From Camelus ferus (Eukaryota): 64,000 nt of DNA. The stretch lies in assembly GCF_009834535.1 (NCBI RefSeq), contig NC_045698.1, forward strand, positions 2,792,001 through 2,856,000, written 5' to 3'. Below the pieces are notes generated by a model that saw only the letters and a program-made list of their open reading frames with translations, was not told the DNA's origin and made no database searches. Numbering within the stretch: position 1 is the first letter of the stretch; each line of letters opens with the position of its first letter. The position numbers and the translations under genes were made by a program. This document shows, in pieces, positions 25,905 to 38,859 of this stretch.

Positions 25905-26145
25905 TTGTGTGTTACAGTGGAAAGAACTACAATTTTGGAACCAGGTCTGAGCTCAAGAATCAGGCTTTCCAGATTCCAGCTGTGTGGCCTTGAGCCAGTT
26001 ATATAAATGGCTTTGAGCTTGGATCACTTCATATGTAACATGGAGAATTCTTTCCCAAATCCTTTTCCATGGGATTCAATAACTTAAGTCAAGCATCTAG
26101 CTGAGAAATATGCACACAGTAGGGACTCAGATAAATATTAGTCTC
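25905..26145 (+). mobile_element. MIR SINE
   Basis: cagtggaaagaac...agctgtgtggccttgagccagttat...cttcatatgtaacatggag...cacacagtagggactcagataaatattag. Confidence 0.75.
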
Positions 26146-29100
26146 TTTCCTACAGCAAGACAGAAGCATGCTCTAATTATGGCTTATAATACAGAGATTC
26201 AGATGTGTTCTAACCATCTCCGGCGTCCCCAGATCATTCGGTAAATGGGATACGGCCAACCTCTGATAAAAGAGCAAGCGGGCAGAGTCCCATGAGCATC
26301 TCAGCCTTTGCCAAGGTTAACTGAAATCTGAGGTTAAGAGTCATGCCTGAGTGAGCACACATAGTTAGTAGACAGGCTGGAAATAAGATTTCTTAAGTTC
26401 CTGTAAAAACTGTACAGAATGATGTCATGTGCTAAAAATTCTCACGCTCTATGGGGGTACAACAAACTCCCACCACATCAAGAACCAGAGATGGTGCGTC
26501 TCTCGAATCTTTGTCCCCAACTCTGTGGAACCTGGTTCTTCACAGGGCAGCCCTCCACGCATGGAAGGACGGGCACGGGATAGACAAATGAGCAGAGCAT
26601 GCAAAGTGGTGGATTACGGAACACTGGGAACCCTATGTAGGTGAAGAGAAACAGAAGTGGACCTGACTTCCTACACAGAAGGGGAGGTGGAAGGTGTTGT
26701 ACAGAGAGGTCGGGACACTTCTAGAATCAGACTCTGAATCTGACTCACACTGCCCAGCGTTTTATGGGAAGGACAGGTACAAAGACTCAGGAAATGAGAT
26801 CACCCTCAAGATCTCCATGGCTTCCTTGTGCCAAATTGGACAAAGAGTGTATTTTGGTTAGAAAAATTGTGAAGACAGTGCGGAGTGATCTTTTCTATCT
26901 TTGGACCAAGCAGTTATAAAATATATTAATAGATTGTAGAATAATTAAAAGCTCATAATGGAAATTCAGTGGGACCTCATGCAGATGTCATGTATTTTTA
27001 AAAAGTGACATGCGTGTGTGTATTTGTCTGTAAGTCTCTTTGTTTCCTCTGGAGGCTCTTATTTTCTGTACTTTGGACCATGGATTTAAATAAATAGGCA
27101 GAGGAATATATTCTTAAACATCCATAGATGTTTCAACAAGACTTCCGATCACGGTAGAAACAAACCACTGCAGTCAGGAAACCGTCCCTTCCCTGCACCG
27201 TGGTTTGAGATGTCCCGCCAGGAGCCTCTGACCTCACCTCATTTCACGGATGAAGAGGACATCACGGCAGAGCCACACGAGGAAGACTCGCTCGTGACCT
27301 TCAGATGAAGGGATTTCAGAATTTCTTCATAAAGGAGTAAAATAACATCTCGAACCCTCTTCTGTTTTCCAGTGCACATGGCCCCGTATCGGTTCCCGAA
27401 GAAAGACCGCGGCCCGCGGCCCGCTGCCGAGGGATGCCCCTGTGAGTCTGCGCCTAGTCTGCGTCAGGGGCGCCCTGCGTCTGTGCTGGCTATTTCTATG
27501 CCTTGTGTTTTGTGCACTGCTTTGGTCTTGGGTATTTTCTGCCTGTCCCATTTCCCAACTTGGTCCTGGGCTCTTGGTGGGAAGTGAAAAGTTCTCTTCT
27601 TCCTCTCCAGTCCCCAGGGAATGTCTGGTCAGTGGTTTTCAGACTCTACATGTTCAGTAAAACAGTTTCTCTTACTAATTCAAAATAAATTCTTACTCAA
27701 GGTAGTCGATTAAGGCCAACATTGTTTTAGCCAGATCAGTAGAAAAACAGTGTTATTCAGGTAACATTTGTCTGGGTCCTGCAGGACCCAGTTACAGGAG
27801 GGTACCCTATAGTCTAGCACTGCATGCAGCCGGCTGCCCTGTATCTACTGGTGCTTTACAAATGTTTGCTGATTTAATTGATGTCCTGGTAAATATATAT
27901 TCAAGACTAGAATAATTTATATGCACTAATGTGAGCATAGGCTTCAATCTGGAAAATAAATGCAGAGAAAAATGAAAATAAACATGAAGTAAACAGATTT
28001 TAACTAAGGATGCTAAAGGACACAGTAGGTAGTGACCTGCTGTCATCACCTTTGCTCCCACATTTCTTTGGAGAAGGCCAGGAGGGGCTCACAGAAAGGA
28101 AGAATGTCAGCCTTCCATCCAGTCCAAGGCTCTGAACAAAACAGTCAAGGCCCAGAACCCAGGTGCTGTGCCAGCACTGCTGGAGAAATTTCCATTTTCC
28201 CATGAAAACTGTACCCAGAGACAGGTAGCCAACATCCCAGCGCCGCTCTGAAACTGCCCTCGGCTGCCCAGCCCAGAGCTCTGATACGCTCCTGCACGAG
28301 GGAACCCACCTGTCATCTCAGCAACTGGCTCTGAAAGGCCAGGCACCGGATGCGAGTGAGATGTGCATTGATTGCTTTGAGCTTCACCCTAGAGAAGACT
28401 GGTTCTCAAAATCTGGAATTTGCACACCAGAGGCTGCTGGCTAACGCAGCACCGTAACCCGAGAGACCTCACTTCAGAGGCGACGGTTGCCAGGAAAGGT
28501 GATGTCTCACTCATCTGCACCTGATATTTTGCTGCTTTCTAACTAAATGTTAGAAATGGCTTTTTCTTTAGAAACTAGAGTCCTGCTAACCAACATCATT
28601 GACACTGGTGATGGGCTATCATGAGACCTACCTCTGCTAAACTAACTGCCTCCACTAGCCAGGGCACATGGCCTCACCATCCCCGAATCTACTCTCACTT
28701 TTTCGTTCTCCCCCTGGCAGCTTTCTCAATAGGTTGTCAACAAAGGCTGTCCTCCTCCCCCCTTTCCTTCTGTACCAGGATTGCCCTCCCTCTGGTCATT
28801 CTCTATTTCCTCCCTCCTGATCCAGTGCAGTAGTCAGGTCAATGCCCTGCAACTCTCCATGGAGCCACCGGTGCACACACTTCTATGGAACAGCACAGCA
28901 CCTAGGATGGTGCGGGGGTCAAGTATCAGCTGGTGAAATTAGCCTTGCTCAAGGCCTGGGAAGTGAAAATATTCTGGCAACAAGCTGCACTCTTGTATGG
29001 ACGGGGAATGAGCATCTGGCAGCTTGTACCCTTAGAGATGGTGCCTGCAGCATGATCCCTAAGAAGACTTATGCCCAGCTATCAGGCCAAAGAATTTTTT

Positions 29101-29939
29101 CTTCCTTTGTGCCAATTCTGAAGATAATTGAAAATTGCTTCCAGAATAGATTTCCATCAATCATGAAATTTACTGTGGGTAAATCTTTCCTGCAAGTAAA
29201 TTTGTCATGGTCAGAGAATTGCAAAAAGTTGAGAGCTGGGACTTCATCATGCATATGGGGTATGTTGTATTGACTATTTGGGCTTTGAGTTCTTCATAAG
29301 CTGGGAGTGAGGCTGCATGGGAACAGCTAACCCTCATCCGACTTTGGGGAAGGTAGCCAAACGAGAACTACCAATGAGAACCTAAGAGTCAGTTGAACAA
29401 ATCGGCGTAGGTCAGTTCCCCACTCCACTGCGGCTTGGAGTGAGTAGGGAAGCTTCAAGGAGACAACACATTTTATGGTGGACCTTTAAAAAATAAATAA
29501 GATTGAGCTAATTAGACATGGTTACACAAGGCATCTAAATTGAGGGAAAGAAACACAAGCAGGCTGACGCAGGGTCTGGAGTTCATGCAGGAACTCACAG
29601 GTAGCAAGATTAGAAATGTGCCCTGGGCCCCAGATTGTGGGAAGCCATGATTATCAGACGCCTTGCTTATATCTTGCACTGTATCAAAGCACGTGCACCT
29701 GTATCCATGCCTGTGTGGGATATGTATTTCCTGTGGAAGCTGGAGCTCCGTCTGTGCATCGCAGCAGGAGTGTGTTAGGAGCTCTGGTCTGGCTGCGTTC
29801 CGCAGGATGGGTGGGGAGAGAAGACTAAAGCAGAGAGATTTCATGTGGGGGAAGGAAGAAGGGAATGAGAGGAGGAAGGTGACCTTTTCAGACAACTTGT
29901 GTGAGACAGTGACCAAGAGAACTAAACTGTCATAGAAGT

Positions 29940-30600
29940 TGTTATGGACAGATTGCGTCCATGTGTTCTGTTCATGGATAGAATTCATATGTTGAAATTC
30001 TAACCCACAAAATGACAGCGCTTGGAGGTGGCGACTTTGGGAGGTGATAAAGTCATGAGGGTGGAGTCCTCATGAATGAGATTAGTGCCCTTATAAAAGA
30101 GACCCCACAGGGCTTCCCACCCTTCTGCCATGTGCAGATACAGTGAGAAAAGAGCTTTCTATAAACCAGAGGGTCCTCACCAGAACCCCACCCCACTGGC
30201 ATCCTGACCTCAGGCTTCCAGACTCCAGAACTGTGACAAATAAACCGCTGCATTTTTTTAAACATTTTTTTTTATTGAGTTACTGTCATTTTACAATGTT
30301 GTGTCAAATTCCAGTGTAGAACACAATTTTTTAGTTATACATGAACATACATATATTCACTATCACATTTTTTTTCGCTGTGAGCTACCACAAGACCTTG
30401 TATAGATTTCCCTGTGCTGTACAGTATAATCTTGTCTATCCATTCTACATTTTCTCTTTCCGGCTTCCTTCACTTAGAATGACATTCTCCAGGAACATCC
30501 TTGTTGCTGCAAATGGCATTATGTTGTTGTAAACCGCCCCATTTTATAAGCTCCCAGTCTCTGGTGTTCCATTACTCAGCTCCCAGATGGGCAAAGACTG
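29940..30600 (+). mobile_element. MLT1A/B-type MaLR solo LTR, interrupted by an L1 insertion
   Basis: aattcatatgttgaaattctaaccc...gagggtggagtcctcatgaatgagattagtgcccttataaaagagacccc...ttccagactccagaactgtgacaaataaa. Resumes after 30545 with taagctcccagtctctggtgttcc. Confidence 0.9.
30257..30529 (-). mobile_element. Young L1 3' end with internal deletion, flanked by a 16-bp TSD
   Basis: T tail, L1 3'UTR and ORF2 end. TSD taaaccgctgcatttt (30241-30256) and taaaccgccccatttt (30530-30545). Confidence 0.9.
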
Positions 30601-32674
30601 CACTTCTGGGGTGACAGGGCCTTGGGAGCTGATGTGGCACTGGATCTCCTGTGTGGGGGGCGCTGGGACCTCAGGTTTAGGCAGAGTCATCCCGATAGGA
30701 ATAGAAATGACCCAACAAACACTGTCCACACAGGACCAAACAGAGTTGAACTTAAAATGAATGCTGACAGATAAAGGACAGTGCACTTATAAGTCTGGGA
30801 AATGGGAAAATGAGGATGGAGAACCTGAAATTTCTAGACCGGAAATAGATTTGGTGAGGAAAATAACTATGGGACAAGAATTTAGGGTGGGGCGGCTTCT
30901 ACCTAACTGGTGATGAGTAAAAAGGTCTGGCTGACTTTCCCTTGGGATGCTCACCTAATGAGCTCAAATGTGTGGCTTCTTGGTCAAATTCAGAGTAGAC
31001 CTGAGGATCCCTAATCTGTGGTTGAAGACTGGTGCCTTTCGAACCTCAGTGTCCTCCAAGGGAGATGGAGGTGTGTACTGACTGAAATGTGACGGAAGAC
31101 TTGGATCTGAGGTCTGAGCAGCAGACAGGCAGGAAGGCAGGGACGGCGGAGAAAAACCAGAGGCAGGTGCAGAACAAGAGGGGCTCCCTGCCCACCCTTG
31201 TGCGGATCCTGACAGCCAAGGACCACGGCAGGTGGGAGTCAGAAGGGAGTCCGCTGCCTCCCACTAATAGAGAGTTTTGTTTGTGTGCACATGTGTGTGC
31301 TTGTGTGTTAAAGTCACCCCCTGAGAGCTCACCAGCCCACACTTTATCACAGGTGTAATTCATTAAACATTTATTTTTGGTTCACTGCTAAGTTATGTTT
31401 TCATCATCTCACTTAACTTCTTGATGTTTAGAAAAACAAACCACCTACCGAATGAGGCTTAACCAGGTTTTGCTGGAGCAGTTACACGTGCATGGATTCT
31501 GTGGTGCGTCCACCAATGAGATGAGAAAGGCCTTCCTCCTGGTCTTATGGGTGGGTGTTCAGCCAACTGGAAGGCCTGGCTGAAAACTCTCCTCCGAGTT
31601 TTAATTCCTACAGGCTGTGCACCCAAAGGTGGGGGCGTGAGGCAGAGGAGAGAGAAGACGGTAAAACCTCGAGTTCTCGGAAAGCTCTGTGACAGGAAAA
31701 CTCAGAGAAAGAGCCAGCACATCTTCAGCCGGCAAGCCCGGCCGGACGCGTCACTGAGTGAATGACCAGAGAGAGGGTTTTCCGCAGAGCGACTGAAGTG
31801 GAAACCGTTTTGCAACATCAAGTCAAAACCTATGCCAGTGTATTTGGAGAAGTTTGATAGAGGAAAGAGGCAGAGTGAAGGCGACGCCTTGGCAGTGTGG
31901 TTCCCTGTTTAACAGGAAAGGCCTGGCATACTTTCCAGCAAAAGGCAGGAGCCAGGCTGCGCTCAGCAGAGACCCTGATGGGCGCTGCCGGCCCTGCCCC
32001 CATTCCCACCCCCTCTCCGTCTAAAGCATCAGCCTGCTCACCGCGGGACAGCGCCCAACACACTCCTCTTGTCTAAGGGTGAAGTCCAAGTGCATCACCG
32101 TCTGTCCCCACCGAGCGATCTCCCCACTGGGGCCAGCCTGCCCTGTCCTCTGACCAGTCCCTCGTATCCGGTGCGACGACTCCCACTGCACAGTGTGTGC
32201 AGCCAGCTCCTCCTCCCACGGCTCCGTCCCTCAGAGCTGGGCTCCCCTCCCCCCGCCCCCCGCGGGCGCTGTGTCCATCCCAGTGACTCCCTGGGATGTG
32301 GGATGCCCTGCTGTCCCTGCCAGACCCACCCTTTCCCCATCAGACCCATTCATGGGCCTCCTGGTCACTTGGCCTCTGCAGGTCTTTGGGGCCACCCACA
32401 CTGATGTGTCTTGAGCTGTTTCTGAACTAAAGGGCATGGGTTTCGGAGACAGTCTGTGTGTACACGTGACTGGGGGTCCATTCGACTTACAATCGCAGCA
32501 AGCTCCCCTTCCCCTGGCACTTGCCCAGCAGAGGAGAAGGGCCACCTTCACTAGCCTGCCTTCCCTCCCCTGCCCCCACGGAGAGTCCCCACCCACACTG
32601 GAGCCCCGGGCCTTCTCTGCACCAGTCCTGTGTCCCCCACAGTCAGCCCTGTCCTGGGCAGTGAGAGTCCACGT

Positions 32675-32790
32675 CTCCCGTGAGCCTTTGTGTCCCTGAG
32701 CTCCCTCAGGGAAGGGCCACCTCGCGCTCATCCCTTCATCCCTGGAGGTGGAGCACACAGGCAGGACAGCTGTTGAATGACTGGACGGAC
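32675..32790 (+). mobile_element. L2 3'-end fossil
   Basis: tgagctccctcagggaagggccacct...agcacacaggcagg...tgttgaatgactggacggac resembles the L2 terminus. Confidence 0.45.
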
Positions 32791-32914
32791 AGTGTCCGCG
32801 CCTCGTGGCAGGACGAAGGCCTGACTGAGGAGGATCTGTTAGGCGCTGAGCACGGCAGAGACGGCAACGGCGGGGGCAGCAGCAGGACTCAAGTCGGCAC
32901 CGTGGTGCTTCGAG

Positions 32915-33055
32915 TCCATCAGCTTATTCCGTCCTCACCACGGTTCTGTGTTGCGGGGACCGTTTTCCTCCCAGCTGGACCAGTGAGGAAACCGAGGAAC
33001 ACAGCTCGCGAGGAGCAGAGCGGGGTGCGGACTCAGACTCTCCAGCTCCAGATTA
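32915..33055 (-). mobile_element. MIR fragment (GC-drifted)
   Basis: cttattccgtcctcaccacggttctgtg...gtgaggaaaccgagg...gagcagagcggggtgcggactcagactctccagctccaga. Confidence 0.55.
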
Positions 33056-35877
33056 AGTCAACGTTGACTTTCACGTGTCAGTTTAGGAGAACCATCACCA
33101 AAAGGGATGGATAATCTTTTGACTTAGACACTGTGGGATGTACAGAAGAGCACGTCGTAACCTCGGACTTGCCTCCATTCTCATGCAGGCATTCACCCTG
33201 CCCGCAGAGCGCTAGGGCAGCAGGCGGCAAGTGCATCCTAGTGCACTGGCATGATCGCGCCACGCAGATCTGGTCTGAGTCCATTTTGATTGTTTACTTA
33301 GGTCATAATTAAACAGACTGAAAGAAGACAAGAAAAACACATAGAAATCTTTTTCCAGAAATGGACGTGCTGTTCATGATGGGAGTGTTCCCATGTGGGC
33401 TGCAGAGAGCTCAGCCCCGGAGGCCTTTCCAAGGAGACAGAAGACATGAGGCAAGACAGAGGAAGGGGATGCGGAGGCGAGTCTGCTACAAAACCTAGAC
33501 GAGAGGAGGCAGCTTCAGGCGAAGATTCTGCTCCTTTTCTCTCTCTGGGTGTTTTCAGCGGTAACTCACACGTTAAACCAGCAGATCTGTGTTCCCTGCC
33601 TTGGGCGACCCCTTCCTGCTGAATTAGACCTGCTACGGAATCAAACCTGCCTGTGTCTTTCAAGTAGCCAGTGACACTTTTGACACCTCCAAAATGAAAT
33701 AGGCAAGGTACCCGGCCTCGTTCACTCCTGATTTGACTGAAAACGAGCCGAAGCCTAAAACGGAAGGCGTCCCTCCCTGCTCAAGGCACCAAGGGCTAGG
33801 AGGGGCCCGTCAGTGTGTGACGCTCGGAGGAGGCGGGAGGGACTCGGGGAAACATGGTGCCAAATTTATGACTTCAGTTTAACTCAGTCATCCTGTGAAG
33901 ATCAGGTCTGAAATGTGCGCAAAGCAGGTGTTTTCCTGGAGTGGCCGACTTAAAACAGGGGCACTCATTCTACATTGAATTTATCAGTTTTCAGAGAAGC
34001 TGCCTTCAGGCTGCAAAATGTCACACTTTATTGATTGAGTCATTGATTCATTGATTCATTCATTGTGATTAGCAAGAAAGAGACCCCTCAGGTCTCAGAT
34101 CTCTCTCTGGGTGGAATCAGCTGGACGATTCTGATCAATATTCAGTCTTGATCTGATTATTAATTCCTCATTCAGACTCAGACTGATGAGCCGGGGAATG
34201 TATTTTTGTTGGCTGCTAATGAGGAACGGAGAGCTTCCTGTTCCCTGGACCACAGCCAGGTGGCCGGGATCCTGTGAGTCTCAGCGAACAGAAGTTAGCG
34301 CTCAGCTCTTCTCCTAAGGCGGTCCTGAGGCAGGCTCTCAGAAGCCCGCAGTACAGAGAGTCAGTGGCAGGGAGCTCACCTTCAGAACCATTCATCTCCT
34401 GTTTAGTCACACATCCTCAGTCCTGCCGGACCCGTGGGGCTTTTTTCCGCCCGGTACTGACCGGAAGATTCTGAGGAGAATGACTTCTGCCTTTGCTGAG
34501 TTGCTCCAAGGGACCTGTTCTTTGAAAGTGGAGCTTGCCTGAGAATAGACGCTTCTCATCCCAAAATAGCAGGTGTCCCCCAGCTCTTGGTCTCCCGGAT
34601 CCGCCCCCTCAGCGCAGGCTGCAGGGTGGAGGGGTGGGGGGCAGTGGGCAGAGACCCCCCCACCCAGGATCTAGTAATCCCCCTCAGCAGATTCCCAAGC
34701 ACCCAGATCACCTTATTCCTGCTGTTGCTGTTTTTTGTGGTTTTTAACATTGCTTTTTGTAAACGTTGACATGTTACCACACACTGACAGTAAACTTAGA
34801 GCCACTTCAGATGTAAAGCATCGTCTCCGGTCATTGACTGAGAAGTAATTAATGGGCTCAATAATGTCCTGAAAGCAACCTGCTTAATAATCATCGCACT
34901 GCCCTTGTTTTCCATCATTACACGGACGCTCCGAAGGATGGCAGAAGTCGAGGTCCCCGTGACGTTCACAGCTGGCTTCCGGACGGCTCCCTCTCACGGT
35001 GCCTGCTGACTAGGTCTGCATGCGGCCCCGTTCAGAAACCATAGTGTTGACCGTACGTAACTTAGACGTAACTTCCTGTAATCAGACGAGCTCTACACAT
35101 GATTTTTAAAGCCAACACTAGGACACTATCAACGGTCAGAAACTGCATAAAAAAATTTCAGAACTGGAATTGCAGAACAAGCCAGAAAAACAAATTATTT
35201 GAGACAAATGACGGTCCATAGAAAATTCCGGAAGCCATCTGCTCTAAGAGCAGTCTCCTGTGCGCACGTTTTGCAGGTCACAGAAAGAGGATTCCATTTC
35301 TACCGACATCGCTGATTCCCTAGACCCTCATTTTTTCTGGACCCCTCATCCTATAACTTATTCCACCATTCTTCTTCTAAATCACTGGTAACACTCTCGT
35401 TATGGTCTCTGACTTTGTGGTTACCCACAGCTGGCAGAATCATGATTTTAGGAAGGAGGCAGACTGATTCCGAAATAAGAGTATTTCAAACTTGCTCTAA
35501 CTCTGGAGCCCCGTGAGGCCTTTGGAGTCAGTTTGTCATTTTGTCACTCGGCAGGCGGGCACCTGGGGTCTGGAGAAGGGATGTGGCCAGAAGAAAACCT
35601 TCCTGCAGGGAAGACGTGGGCCCAGGGGGCCTAGAACCCAGGTGTCCCGAGTCGCAGGTGTGTTGCCCAAAGGGCACAGAAGGACGACAAAATCCAGGAC
35701 CTATGGCCCATGTGTGAGTGGGTGTGCGGGTGGTTGTGTGTCCAGGTGAGTGCGTGTCTGGGTGAGTGTGTGCGTGTGTCCTCTCCCCTACAGAGAGGAG
35801 GCAGTGGAGGGGAGGCAGCTTTTTAAGAGAAAACTCCTCCTCGAGATCTCCTGCCAGAGCCGTGGGGCACGGCAGAG

Positions 35878-36285
35878 CTCTGGGCTGGACTGTTCCCCCA
35901 AGCCCTCATGCTGACGCACTAAGCCAGCGCGTCAGAACGTGCCGGCGTTTGGAGACAGGGCCTTTTAGTAGACGCTCATGTTACTGAGGGCAGGCCCTCC
36001 CAGTGTGACCGAGGGCCAGTGTCCTTACAAGAAGTGGGCATGGAGACACAGACACATGCAAGGCAAGGCCAGTGCAGAGACGTGGGGGCTGTGGCCTCTC
36101 CAGCCCGGAGCGAGGCCGGAGCAGACCCTTCCCTCGGGACGCTCGGAAAATCGCCCTGCACGCTCCTTGCACTCAGACTTCGGCCTCCAGACGGGGGGGG
36201 GGGGGGGGGGGGGACGACACACCTCTGTTGTCCGAGCTGCACGCTGGTGGGGATTTGCTCCAGTGCCTCCAGGAAACTCCTGTAG
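35878..36285 (+). mobile_element. MLT1B/C-type MaLR solo LTR containing a G21 run
   Basis: tgggctggactgttcccccaa...cagaacgtgccggcgtttggagacagggcc...gtgtccttacaagaag...acacagacacatgc...cagacttcggcctccagac...ccaggaaact is colinear with the 29940 LTR. Confidence 0.8.
36193..36213. repeat. poly-G homopolymer (G21)
   Basis: 21 consecutive G residues, counted directly. Confidence 0.95.
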
Positions 36286-37584
36286 CTGGTTGAGGGGGTG
36301 CTCGCTGGAGATCAGAAAGAGGACCAGGGAGGGAGACGCTGTAGGGGCCTTGCCTTTCACTGCAACGTGCAGCGGCCTCACATTGTCCTGCAAGGGTCAA
36401 GGGGCCGTTGAAGGACATTCATCTAGGGTGTGCCTGCTTTAATTCCTGTTAAAACCTCTCCCACAGTGACACAGAGCTGGCTTTGGAAGATGTACCTCTC
36501 AAAGCAGGTGGCCTCCAAGACAAAAGTGCTAATCCCGGCAAATGGGAAGGAGGGCGGGTGAGATTCACAGAAGGGCAGGTTCAGCAGGAGGTGCCGGGGC
36601 GCTGGAGTCAGGGGCTGAGCAGGGGCCAAAGCCAGGGGAAGAGGAACAGGAGAAAGAGACACTGGAGAAGGAGGAGGGGCCTGGGGGGGGCGCTGGGGAC
36701 CGGGCTCCAGACCTCACGTCCTCCATGAAGACGAGATTGTGGAGCTGCCGGTGTGTGTGCGGTAAAAGGACATCACACGGGAGAGAGCTGACCACAGACA
36801 AGCTGGGGCTCTGGCCAAAGGGGGGCCACACCCCCCAACCCCAGGGAAGTGGATTGAAGGCAGAGAGAGAAGTTAGACCAGGGAGCTGGAGGAACAGTCA
36901 CAAGGAGTTCAAGGATCCAAACTTGACACGCCAAGAAGTGTGCTACTGACTTTCTGCTTTAGGAATTTCCCAGTGGCCTCGTGTGCCCACCCTTTTGTAC
37001 AAAACCCCACAGCAAATGGGAAATACACAGTAAAGTGCAGAAGAGGAGTCCAGACTCCCCTCCTTTCACTCACGGGTTTCTCTTGTGTCAGTACAAATGG
37101 ATTTGGAAGGTCTTCCTAAGAATCTGTCCCCAAATCCACGTTTTCTCTCTTCCAGAGCATCTGGAATCAACCTCATTGGCATAGCTTTGTGCATTTCAGC
37201 AAAGATACAAGCCATTCTGCAGGCTCAGGGGAGACTCATTCACAGGTTCTCAGAGGGGTTTGGAAATTCCAAAGATAGATGTAAATGTTGACATGTAGGT
37301 AATGGTTAAATGGATGAGTGCCTTTTATTATTGCGATAAACATTTTTGAAGTAATTATTTTTTTACCAAAAAAGTAAACATGCCAATGAGTATTGTAAAA
37401 TAGTGACATTTGAATATGGATCTAAGTGAATAAATTGTTAAAATCGTATCTTACATGCCCTTCACACGATCAGGACCTATAGACACTGTTGTGTCAGCAA
37501 TTATTTTAGTTTTATTTTTATTCCTTTAAAGCTGACGTTCCGCACCTTGGAGGACAGAGGGCAGTGCCTAAAACAGACATGTGT

Positions 37585-37692
37585 GAGTCCACCCCACTGA
37601 ATCAGAATCGCTGGGACGGAGGGTTGGGCATCCCTAGTCTTAATTAGGTCTCTGAGATGATTTCTACCTCCCCCCATGCTTGAGGACACTGG
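37585..37692 (+). mobile_element. MER5-type hAT-Charlie DNA transposon fragment
   Basis: ccactgaatcagaatcgctgggacggagggttgggcatc...gatgatttct...gcttgaggacactg resembles the MER5A 3' half ending in a tgagaaccactg-like TIR. Confidence 0.65.
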
Positions 37693-37809
37693 CTGTCGGA
37701 GGTTAAAACGTGGCCTGTGAAATTAGAGTGACGATGTCATGGCTTCTGTGCGAACTGCACCCATTACAGAAGGACGCACAGGCATTACTTTATCCCAAGT
37801 CTAAGTCGC

Positions 37810-38010
37810 TCACAGGGCCTGCCCCCGGGGAGTCCGCCGAGCCCCCGCACGCGGCCCTGTCGACCCCCCTGCTGCAGGCCGGGCTGTGCGCCCCGGGAGG
37901 CGCCTCCGCCCCGGGCTGCCTGTCCCGCCCGCTGCCCCTGCGGCCCCGACCCTCGGACGCTGCGCTCGCAGAGCCCAGTGCGGCCGGCTCCGAGCCGCCC
38001 CAGCACAGCG
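37810..38010. other. Short CpG-island-like patch
   Basis: About 200 bp that is almost entirely G+C with many CpGs, abruptly bounded by AT-richer DNA. Confidence 0.8.
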
Positions 38011-38859
38011 TGTCCGCTAGGTATTTTGTTATTTCCAGGCACACATCTCACGTTGTTTTTATCCTCTCTTCAATTTTCATACAGTTTCTTATCACACACC
38101 TAGCACAGGGTCGGGAGCAACTGAAGAGCCAGAACTGATCGCGCCTTTCTCACCCGTGACGGTTAGAAAAGCAGCCACAGCTCTGAGGGACACTCGCAGA
38201 TGCGAGGTTATGCTTATTGGCATTTACACATTAGGCAGCTGCAAACTTCCTCTTTGCTGATCAATGCAAAGTATATTTGGAAAGAGTTCTCTCTGCGGCT
38301 TCCCAAGGCACGGCGACAATCGATGCCCCGCTGTCTCGGGTGCTGAACAAGCACTTGGAACTTGACACAGAGGCCTCGGTACCAGGGCAGCGGGACAGCG
38401 CGGCGCCTCAGCCTGCTGCTCCCCCTCCACCCGCCTGCACGTGCGACGTCCTGCCCTGGGCCTGGCAAGCATGGCGTCGTCTACTGCTGAGCGGTGTCGG
38501 GGGACCCTTCACGACACCCTCCCCGGTCTTGATGTGAAATCGAAAGTAATTTTGGACATCAAGACAATGCAAACAAAAGTTTTCCATTCACAGAGAGAAG
38601 TCAAAGGATTCAAAACCGTAGAGAATGTGTCCCACAAGTAACCGAAGGGAGCCTCATGGAACTCTCTTGGGAGAAGTATGTGGGAGTAACTGCGTGATGT
38701 GGGACTGTGGGTGCTGGACAGGGAAACCCAAAACGAGCTCACCTGGGCAGGAGGGGAGCGATCGGTCCCTGGGTCCTGGGATTTGGGCCCGGCTCGCAAT
38801 GGGTCAGGATAACCAGACATGGCATCTCAGGGACGCCCATCTCACATGGGTCACACTCA

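Noticed and set aside
32030..32056. RE1/REST-like half site GGACAGCGCC
   Set aside because: The left half (TCAGCACC) and canonical spacing are missing.
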